From a virus, in the IMG/VR virus record IMGVR_UViG_3300009155_000040, positions 75,072-139,071 of that record: 64,000 bases of DNA; one strand, 5' to 3'. The position numbers were made by a program, and so were the translations under genes. Within the stretch, counting starts at the first letter, position 1. Each line of letters opens with the position of its first letter. The notes beneath the pieces were generated by a model that did no database searches, was not told where the DNA came from, and worked only from the letters and a program-made list of their open reading frames with translations. Of this stretch, positions 31,365-40,000 are shown one piece after another.

Positions 31365-32354
31365 ATGGCAACTTTAAAAGCATTAGTAGAAGCTAAACTA
31401 GACCAAATTGATTGGGACGAAGTTCAACTTGAAAAAGGTAAAGTATTTGCCTACAGTTCTGGAACTGAATACAACAACTTCTTAGGTGGGGTTTGTTGGG
31501 TAGCACCAGGAACTGGTAGAGCAATTATTGATATTTGGGGGGCAGGCGGTAGTGGTGCAAAAATGTGCTGCTGCGGTGGAGGCGTTCCAGGAAACCCAGG
31601 AGCATGGGCACGTAAGTGTATCTGTGTAGTAGCAGGATGTATTGTCTGCGGATACGTTGGCCGTTCTTGCAACAACTCAAACGATTTGTGTTTCAGGGGT
31701 TGTTCAGAAGCCACTTGCTTGTGCTGGAACGGAAAGAATCAATATACCGGTGCAACAACCAGCGGCTGCATGTGCGCACAAGGCGGACGCGGTGGACTAA
31801 CATTCTGTAATCCATCGGGTACACTGTTCTGCTGTTTCGTTGGCGCAAACTACTGTAACACTAACTATTCAAACGGAACTTGCGGTATTATCTGTAACTA
31901 TGGTTCAGGTACAGCCAGCTGCTGTGCAGAATCATACGGCGGTGATATCAATAAGAAAGGCGGATTTAGCTGCGTTACATTCTGGACATGTTATAGTAAC
32001 TGCCCATGTTCAACACAATTACACGTGGCAATTCCTCCAGGACTATTTGCCTGTGATGGCGGTGTTGTTACACACGGTGCAGAAAGTGATAACGGATTTG
32101 CCAACTGGTCAGGAATGGGATATCACCAATTTATCAACGGATTAAATGGAATGAATCGCAGCCCTGCACGTGGCGTACCGTTTAACACCTGCTGGATGTC
32201 TTCAAGAGCCTGCGGATGTTATGATGTTCAAGGATGCCAACCATTTTTCCCAACAGGCACAGGTGGCACCCCAGCTTTCCCATGCGGCGACGTTCGCGAT
32301 CACGCTTGGAGAGGTGGACACGGACTAATTAGAATTACATATCAAGAAAGATAA
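31365..32354 (+). CDS. Cys-rich glycine-rich-domain protein 3 (329 aa)
   Basis: Paralogue (WVAPGTGRAIIDIWGAGGSGAKMCCC); about 33 Cys. Start placed 1 nt after the previous stop. Confidence 0.7.
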   Translation: MATLKALVEAKLDQIDWDEVQLEKGKVFAYSSGTEYNNFLGGVCWVAPGTGRAIIDIWGAGGSGAKMCCCGGGVPGNPGAWARKCICVVAGCIVCGYVGRSCNNSNDLCFRGCSEATCLCWNGKNQYTGATTSGCMCAQGGRGGLTFCNPSGTLFCCFVGANYCNTNYSNGTCGIICNYGSGTASCCAESYGGDINKKGGFSCVTFWTCYSNCPCSTQLHVAIPPGLFACDGGVVTHGAESDNGFANWSGMGYHQFINGLNGMNRSPARGVPFNTCWMSSRACGCYDVQGCQPFFPTGTGGTPAFPCGDVRDHAWRGGHGLIRITYQER

Positions 32355-32366
32355 CGGAGTTATTAA

Positions 32367-33086
32367 ATGAAAAAAGTATTCACATCAGTATTGCCAGACG
32401 AGCCATACAAAACAACAACACATTTAAACAATACAGTTGAATGTACCTATGACGGTCCAAGATATCTATTGTTAAGAATTGTTGCTGAAACCGGTGCAAT
32501 ATTCTGCATTGACGAAGAAGAAGAAACAATTGAAAGAATTGAAGCTTGGAAAATCGAGCCTCATAAGCTAGAAGACGAAGGGCACTATCAAGTGGTTTTA
32601 GACGCTATGGAGCACACTTGGGAAGCTGCATACGTTACTGGTTATTATACTCACGAACCATTTGACAATCCTGTCTTTACAAACCCAGATGGCACAACAT
32701 GGACTTACCACTACGATGATACCAGCTGTGCAGTAGAGCAACCATTTTATGTTAACGACATGTTCCACGATAAAGCAACTGGCACTTGGAAACGTCCACG
32801 CTATCGCACACACGCTGTTGCAAAAAGAGATTTTTGGAACGGTGTAAAAGTTCAAATTGAAACGTATACTGCGGTATGTGAAGGTAGTTACCTTGAAAAA
32901 GGTTATACAGCAGAACAAGTCGCTGCATGCCAAGAACACTTAAATTGGTTATTAACTTGTGAAGAAAAATATAAAGATGTTGATCACTGGAAAATTCCAT
33001 TCCCAGCACTTAAAATTACAATGACAACACAAGAAAATCATGTACCAGGGGCAAATCCAGGGGCAAATACGATTCCTCAAAATTAA
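32367..33086 (+). CDS. Hypothetical protein, possibly a tail-fibre assembly chaperone (239 aa)
   Basis: Directly follows the adhesin-like genes. C-terminal YTAEQVAA...HWKIPFP loosely resembles phage tail-assembly chaperones. Confidence 0.45.
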   Translation: MKKVFTSVLPDEPYKTTTHLNNTVECTYDGPRYLLLRIVAETGAIFCIDEEEETIERIEAWKIEPHKLEDEGHYQVVLDAMEHTWEAAYVTGYYTHEPFDNPVFTNPDGTTWTYHYDDTSCAVEQPFYVNDMFHDKATGTWKRPRYRTHAVAKRDFWNGVKVQIETYTAVCEGSYLEKGYTAEQVAACQEHLNWLLTCEEKYKDVDHWKIPFPALKITMTTQENHVPGANPGANTIPQN

Positions 33087-33105
33087 TTTTACCGTAAACC
33101 AAGAT

Positions 33106-33160
33106 TAGCCTTGTGCTTTTCGTTATATGACTATATAATGAAGTACAAGGCTATTTTTTT
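33106..33160 (+). terminator. Long hairpin terminator (21 bp, 2 G-U pairs, 2-nt bulge) plus T7
   Basis: TAGCCTTGTGCTTTTCGTTATAT-GACT-ATATAATGAAGTACAAGGCTA-TTTTTTT. Confidence 0.75.
33111..33139 (+). promoter_or_regulatory. Sigma70-type promoter embedded in the hairpin
   Basis: TTGTGC (33111-33116) - 17 nt - TATAAT (33134-33139); GGAG SD at 33161. Confidence 0.6.
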
Positions 33161-33170
33161 GGAGTAAAAA

Positions 33171-34115
33171 TTGACTAATAGATCCAAAGCATTTTTTATC
33201 AACGGCGGCGCTGGCCGCATGATTAGTGCAGTTCCAGCACTGGAAAAATATCAGGAAGAATCAGGCGACAAAGACTTTATCATAGTCTGTGAAGGCGGCA
33301 CTGATGTATTCAAAGGACACCCAACACTTGACGATCATACCTATGATGTATGGCACAAAAATCTTTTTAAAGATTCACTGAGACAAAGAGAAATCGTAAC
33401 AACAGAACCGTATCGTGTCTGGGAATACTATAATCAAAAATGCTCAATAGCACAGGCATTTGACATTCAGATCAATAATAAAGGCATTCGAGACCTTCCT
33501 CGCCCAACGCTAAAACTAAGCAAAGACGAATTGCTTACAGGAAGACAGCTAGTTAGTGAAGTTAAAAAGAAATTAAAAAAAGAAAAAATTGTAGTATTTC
33601 AACCATTTGGTCGCGGTATTGAATACATTGATGAAACACTTATTGATAAAACTGCACGTAGTTTTGAATTAAAAGATGTTAAATCTATTGTTAAGAAATT
33701 ACAAAAAGAAGATGTTGGCATTATCATGATGAGCGAGTTTAAAGTTGATTTTTCAGACTCTAAACTCAAAGACGAAGTAGCCATGCCAGAAAGTGCAAAC
33801 TTCCGCATGTGGGCAGCTATTATCAAATATGCAGACTATTTTTTAGGGTGCGACAGTTTAGGACAGCATTTGGCATACGCTATGGATCGATCAGCAGTGG
33901 TAGTTACTGGTTCAACATTTCCTATTAACGTTTCGTATCCAGATGAACCAAGTATTGAAATACTTGATATGGGTGAAATACATAGAGAGTATGATCCAAT
34001 ACGTATTTTCCCAGATGAAAGAGTTTCAAGATTAAACGAAAATATCATGGCTATGACCGATGATATCACAACACTAGTAGTAAATCACGTTTTAGGAAAA
34101 AAAGATGACAGTTAA
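33171..34115 (+). CDS. GT9-like (heptosyltransferase-fold) glycosyltransferase, TTG start
   Basis: GGAGRMISAVPAL at the N-terminus, IVVFQPFG, and FLGCDSLGQHLAYA...VVVTGST match GT9 motifs. Confidence 0.7.
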   Translation: MTNRSKAFFINGGAGRMISAVPALEKYQEESGDKDFIIVCEGGTDVFKGHPTLDDHTYDVWHKNLFKDSLRQREIVTTEPYRVWEYYNQKCSIAQAFDIQINNKGIRDLPRPTLKLSKDELLTGRQLVSEVKKKLKKEKIVVFQPFGRGIEYIDETLIDKTARSFELKDVKSIVKKLQKEDVGIIMMSEFKVDFSDSKLKDEVAMPESANFRMWAAIIKYADYFLGCDSLGQHLAYAMDRSAVVVTGSTFPINVSYPDEPSIEILDMGEIHREYDPIRIFPDERVSRLNENIMAMTDDITTLVVNHVLGKKDDS

Positions 34116-35934
34116 ATCAATTAATACACAGAAAGAACACAAGCCAGTTTGGATTGCAGCAATTGCCCGAGGACACAATTCGGGGATCTGTCTACTTAAA
34201 GATGGAGAAGTAGTATTCAGTATCGAAGAAGAACGTCTCTCAAGACAAAAATATGACGGTGGCCCATTTGCGTCGATGGTAAAGATCAAAGAGTATACTG
34301 ATAAACTTGATTATCTAGTGATTGCACATACACAGCCTTTACAAGAAACTGCTGGTAAGATCGATTATACTGGTGACGATGTATACACAGGCCTTGCACG
34401 TAAATTAAATTTAATTGAAAGAAAAGTTCCAGATCTACATCGTCATCCTCAAGTTATTGATTTGGCGTTTATGCATCATAAACTACATGCTGCCTGTGCA
34501 TTTTATCGTTCGGGTTGGGAAGATGCAGTATCGTTAATCGTTGACGGTGCTGGTACATTCTACCCTATGCAATACAACAATCAAGGTATTTGGTTATGGG
34601 AAGTTGAGTCTATTGTTGACTGTAACTATCCTGCAAACTTTAAGACTTTGTATAAGCATTATGGTGCTAAAGAACCAATCGCAGGTTCGTTCATTCCAGA
34701 ATTTGATTCTAGCCCATTAGGCGAAGAAGGCGAAACACACATGGCCTATATTAGCGATCGTGCCGGCATTGTTAAAGTCTACGAAGGTGTAACAGAGTAC
34801 TGCGGTTTTAGTGCTATCGAAGCTGGAAAGACCATGGGACTGTTTCCATACGGTAAGCCAAACGACAAGATCCCTAAACTGTTTGACGAGACAGGAAAAA
34901 TTCCATTGTCAAACAGAAACTTGATGGTTCCTCGTTACCCAATGAGCTCAACTGTCAACATGAATCTATTTGATTACCTTGAAGAAATGCCAGAAGACAT
35001 GGACAGTGATGTTACACTGATGCAGAACAGACGAGATTTAGCCTACGCATGTCAAACACAGACCCAAGAACAGGTTGTAAATCTTATTCGCAAGGCTGCA
35101 GAACTGTCTGGAAAGAAACGTGTGGTAATCAGCGGTGGATACGGTTTGAACTGTGTTGCTAACTATTACTATCTTGAGCAATTAAAAGATGATGGAATTG
35201 AAATTTACGTAGAACCTATCAGCAATGATGCAGGTACTGCTATCGGTGCAGCACTTATTTTCTGGCATGGTATGCAAGAAGATACAACTATTCGCCCATA
35301 CGGTTCGTTGTACCTTGGTCCAGAATATACTTACACGCAAGATGAAATTGCATCAAAAGTAGCAGCAGTTGGTGGAGAACTTACTGATGCTACAGATAAA
35401 GATATTGTTAAGCTATTGCGTGAAAAGAACATTGTTACAATTTTCCAAGGACGTTCAGAAAACGGCCCACGTGCATTAGGCAATCGTAGTGTATTGTTTG
35501 ATCCAACTTTCCCAGACGGTAAAGACTTTGTTAACGAAGTTAAACATCGTGAATACTTCCGTCCGTTTGCTGGATCAATTCTAGAAGAAGATGTACACGA
35601 CTGGTTTGATTTACGCGGCATGAAAAGCAGCCCGCATATGATGTATGCTGTAAACTGCCAGCCCGGAATTGAAGAAAAGATTCCAAGTATTATCCATGAA
35701 GATCATACTTGCCGTATCCAAACTGTTAATCCTGAGCAGAACAAACACTACTATGATCTAATTAAAGCATTTAAAGAAGAAACAGGAATCCCAATCTTGT
35801 TTAACACCAGCTTTAATCTAGGTGGCGAACCTTTAGTAGAAACACTAGATGATGCGCTATGGACTCTGAAAAATTCAGATATCGAATATCTATATTTGCC
35901 AGAACACGGTAAACTAGTAAAAATAGGATATTAA
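34105..35934 (+). CDS. Carbamoyltransferase, NodU/CmcH/TobZ family
   Basis: HHKLHAACAF, IVDGAG, GKTMGL.PYG, SGGYGLNCVAN, NDAGTAIGAA, GPRALGNRS, KHREYFRPFA and NTSFNLGGEPLVET motifs. Confidence 0.95.
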   Translation: MTVKSINTQKEHKPVWIAAIARGHNSGICLLKDGEVVFSIEEERLSRQKYDGGPFASMVKIKEYTDKLDYLVIAHTQPLQETAGKIDYTGDDVYTGLARKLNLIERKVPDLHRHPQVIDLAFMHHKLHAACAFYRSGWEDAVSLIVDGAGTFYPMQYNNQGIWLWEVESIVDCNYPANFKTLYKHYGAKEPIAGSFIPEFDSSPLGEEGETHMAYISDRAGIVKVYEGVTEYCGFSAIEAGKTMGLFPYGKPNDKIPKLFDETGKIPLSNRNLMVPRYPMSSTVNMNLFDYLEEMPEDMDSDVTLMQNRRDLAYACQTQTQEQVVNLIRKAAELSGKKRVVISGGYGLNCVANYYYLEQLKDDGIEIYVEPISNDAGTAIGAALIFWHGMQEDTTIRPYGSLYLGPEYTYTQDEIASKVAAVGGELTDATDKDIVKLLREKNIVTIFQGRSENGPRALGNRSVLFDPTFPDGKDFVNEVKHREYFRPFAGSILEEDVHDWFDLRGMKSSPHMMYAVNCQPGIEEKIPSIIHEDHTCRIQTVNPEQNKHYYDLIKAFKEETGIPILFNTSFNLGGEPLVETLDDALWTLKNSDIEYLYLPEHGKLVKIGY

Positions 35935-35935
35935 C

Positions 35936-35958
35936 AAAGCCCCGAAAGGGGCTTTTTT
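35936..35958 (+). terminator. Rho-independent terminator closing the glycosyltransferase-carbamoyltransferase operon
   Basis: AAAGCCCC-GAAA-GGGGCTTT followed by TTT. Confidence 0.92.
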
Positions 35959-35978
35959 ATTATCTGCTAAATAGTTGT

Positions 35979-36422
35979 ATGTTAAATTTTGCACGTTATT
36001 TCCTTAAAGGTATCAAAAATACGCTACGCCTTCAAAATGGAGTTAATTTCTCCTATAAAGGTCCGTGGCAAACGGTTATTTCCGCCACAGTTTTAGACGA
36101 GTGGTATGTTGGCGAAATCTGTGCTGCTGAATATACAGTGGTAGTAGATGTGGGCGCAAATAGAAAAGAAATGATCAAATGCCTAGTAGTTGCAGGACCA
36201 AACCAAGCAAACTTAACAGTGTTTGGTCGAACAAACATAAATGAAAATCTTATTGATTTATCCGCTATAGTAACCGCATCGAAAGTACAACTAATAGCTC
36301 AACCAGCATCTAGCCCAGACGGCAGCACATATGATAATTCTAGTTTATTAGTAGGCAGTAAAGCATTTTTTAGCGCAACGTATTATGCTACTGTTAATGA
36401 TATAACCAGTTCCCAGGTGTAA
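35979..36422 (+). CDS. Hypothetical structural protein (147 aa)
   Basis: ATG lies 5 nt after TAAATA (35968-35973); beta-rich. Confidence 0.65.
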   Translation: MLNFARYFLKGIKNTLRLQNGVNFSYKGPWQTVISATVLDEWYVGEICAAEYTVVVDVGANRKEMIKCLVVAGPNQANLTVFGRTNINENLIDLSAIVTASKVQLIAQPASSPDGSTYDNSSLLVGSKAFFSATYYATVNDITSSQV

Positions 36423-36497
36423 GGTGCAGTGTTACCAAAAGACTAAATACACATGTCTTAGCGGAAGTTGTAGTTGCAGTAAAATAGCGGAGATCAC

Positions 36498-36998
36498 ATG
36501 ACAACCAGATATATACCCTTTGAGTCAAAAAGCGGCTTTAAAAGTCCGGGCTTTTCAGTTAATGAAAACGGTGACCTCACAGTTAGTGGAAACATAGACA
36601 CCACAGGCAGTTTCAAAATCAACGGCGTACCCATTATTGATCCTAGCGATTCTATAGTCGGTCTAGATCCCGTAATTCAGCGAGCACTAGGTTTAAAAGA
36701 AATCGGAACATTAGATTATCTCAATGTTGCCGGCGACCTAGTAGTATCAAATGCTTCAACAGCTTACATTAGAATCCAAGGCGGTACAGGTCTTATAGAC
36801 AACGTCAGTATTGGTTCTCAATTTCCTGCAGACGGAAATTTTACTTCATTAAATGTTGGCCCAGGCGACAGCACAGGCGAACTAACAGTTCAAGGGGACA
36901 TTTACATTACCAACCCTCCAACATTATCATCACATGCAACAAGAAAAGATTATGTCGATGCACGAGTTTCGGCATTTGCAATAGCGTTTGGCGCTTAA
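36498..36998 (+). CDS. Tail-appendage structural protein (166 aa)
   Basis: FESKSGF.SPGFSV..NG start and C-terminal HATRKDYVD..V.AFAIAFG fibre motif; TAAATA at 36444. Confidence 0.65.
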   Translation: MTTRYIPFESKSGFKSPGFSVNENGDLTVSGNIDTTGSFKINGVPIIDPSDSIVGLDPVIQRALGLKEIGTLDYLNVAGDLVVSNASTAYIRIQGGTGLIDNVSIGSQFPADGNFTSLNVGPGDSTGELTVQGDIYITNPPTLSSHATRKDYVDARVSAFAIAFGA

Positions 36999-37011
36999 GG
37001 AAAGATTTTAA

Positions 37012-40000
37012 ATGGCAAAGAAAAAGATAGACTATTTTGTTTTTGAACCGGGAATTAGTAAAGATACTAGTTTGTACCCCAAAGCTGTTGCATTGTTGGT
37101 AGCAAATAAAACATTCTTACAAGAACAGGTTGTAAGATTCATCAACTACAATATTACAAACGGTATTGCTCCATACATTGGATACACGTATGCTCCATCA
37201 AAATGTACTCGAGATGTTGGATATTTTATCGACTCTATTGCACATGACCTTCAATACGGCGGCAATGTTAAATCAAGATTAACATCGGACTATTTCTGGA
37301 TTGATGGCGAGCCAATGATCCGCGGTGATGTAAGCCCTGAAATTACCGGCCAAGCCTATCTAAGAGATATTGTCAGCAACTATATTTTTAGAAATATCAC
37401 AGTTCCAACAACCTACGGATCGCCAACAGCTGGACAAGCACTGCAAACAAAAATCACAGGAAGTCCTGCAGAGTCGGGTGCTGACACCAGAAACGTTGAG
37501 TTATGGAATATCTTTAGAGATGTAATTTCCTACGGAACTCCGAGCATTCCTGCAAAAGAAAACGGAGTTAGCAGTATTAGACTCATGGGACGATACACCC
37601 ATAGTGAAATATTATTAATCACAGACACCGAAAGTGGAAACATCATCTATAACTTTTCCGATCCATCTACGTCAATGGATATCGTTTATAAGACTGCAAA
37701 AAGCAGCGGAGATAATCAACCAGTCAGTGATTTAGATTTTCCATCTTGGTGGCAAACTGGTGATTGTATTACAACATTATATTTCTCATACGACACTTCG
37801 GCATTCACTGGTAACGACATACAGATATTTGTAGAAAATGATAGTCAGACAATTCGTCCTTGGGATTTTGGTACTGATGCTATCGAGCGTATGCGTGTTG
37901 CTGCACCGCAGGCCATGTTGGACGCTGACTTTGAGTACGGACTACAACCTACTAAATGGCAGGCAATTGGTATGATGAGAAATTATCCATCATTGTACGA
38001 ATTATCAGGAACTGATATAACGGTATCTGACATATCAACAGATGCTTCGGCAAATACTGGAAACTTTGGAGCCAGCTTAATCACCGTGACAACCAACGGA
38101 TCGCATGGATTTAGTACTGGCACACCAATTACAGTTAAAGGATTAGCCCCATCGGTTAGTGGATTTTCTAGGGCTGAAGGTAGCTTTTTAGTTAATAGTG
38201 TTATTTCATCAGTGACATTTACCTATTATTCATCTGCTAAGGTTGGAACTTCAACTGGTCAAAGCCTATATACATCGTATGCTCAGGTTCGTCAAGCAGG
38301 ATTTTATACTGGTGCCGCAATTGGTTCAGCTACATATTCGTTGTTCAGTAATGGCTCAACACAGACTATTGTAAGTAAGTTTGATACGTTAGCAGGGTCT
38401 TTTCAAATAGCATTCAATGGCACATCGCCAACCCCTGGATCACCAATTTCCGGATCACCGTATATTCCTTCAGGCACATCAGTTAGTGGAGTAATTGGCT
38501 TATCAACTGTTAATACAAAAATAAAAACAACAACACAAACAACAGATACAGTTATCTACATCACTGATCCTACGGGTGTGCAAGCTGGTATGGCAATCGA
38601 TGATGGATCAAATAATGCTATCTTCATAAACTCTATTGGAGTTAGTGGTCAATTAAATCTATCATCAGCATTTTCTCAAATTAAACAAGGCGCTAATAGA
38701 GCAACATCAAGTGTTGCAGGAACAAACTTTCCTGCAAACGGAACAGGTGCAACATTTATCGTTGATAGATCAGGTGGTGCATATACTTCTGTTGTAGATG
38801 CGGGCGATAGTACAGGAAACGGTCAAGGGTATTCTGTAGGTGACATAGTTAAAATTCTTGGCTCTGATCTTGGAGGAGTTGATGTTACTAATGACCTGTT
38901 TATCACTGTTAGTACAGTAGACAGTGCAGGAGCAATTCTTACATTTACCTATTCAGGAACAGCAGCCACTGGTGGTGCAACATATTCAAATGTTGCGCTA
39001 TCATCAACCGACAGCGTGAGTGGTAGTGCTGCACAAATTACAGTGGTACGTCAAGGCGGAACTGGGTCGTATGGAATAACATTAGTTGGTGGTGGTACTG
39101 GGTTTGCTCAAGGCGATACTGTTACTTGGGACGGTACAAACTTTGGCGGCACAAGTCCTGCTAATGATATTGTTATCACAGTTGACGGGGTAGCATTTGG
39201 TACTGGAGCGATTGTTGACTTCACAGTGTCTCTTACTGCGATTGGTGTGAATGGAAATCAAACATATACAAGTATTTCTGGAATCAGCGTTGCAAATACT
39301 GGATCAGGAGCAGTATTTGATATTACAGCAGCTGAAGGAACATATTCTGCAGAAACAACTGCGGGCATTACCAGCACAGGATATCGCGTAGGAAATCGAA
39401 TTGTTATCCCAGGAAATTTATTAGGTGGTGCTTCTCCATTGAATGATTGTACATTATCAGTAACAGCAGTTAGCAGTGGAAATATTACTACAGTATCAGC
39501 GTCAGGAACACCGTTCGCTGGAGCAGACATTGTCATTTACCCTTCAGTTACAATCAGTGAAGCAATCACAAATGAAATTTTAGAAGGGACTACATTAAAC
39601 GTAGGAGCTATTGCAACAGTTCAGGTAGACTTTACCAGTGCGCACGGCCTGCTGCCAGGTTCAAGTATTCTATCAAGTGTCACTTCTCAACCTGCTCCGG
39701 GGTTTGCATCAACAACTAGAGCATTGACCAACAGCCAATCATGGATCAGCACAGCATTCTACGGCGGTACATTCCTTGCAATAACCTCTGATTCTGCCAG
39801 AACAAATAAATCAATTGATGGCCAGTCCTGGACCAATGTTGGTTCACTACCAGCAGCCTCTAGTTGGACCAGTATTGCAGCCGGTCCAATTAGCGGAACT
39901 ACCTATTGGGTAGCTGTACAACAAACAGGAACACTTGCAGCATATTCTACAGATAACGGTGCAAACTGGACAGCAATGGGCGCATTGCCGAGTAGTGGAA

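Noticed and set aside
36450-36500. Short repeats CACATG (x2) and TAGCGGA (x2) in the leader of 36498
   Set aside because: Too short to distinguish from chance, and no stable structure is evident.
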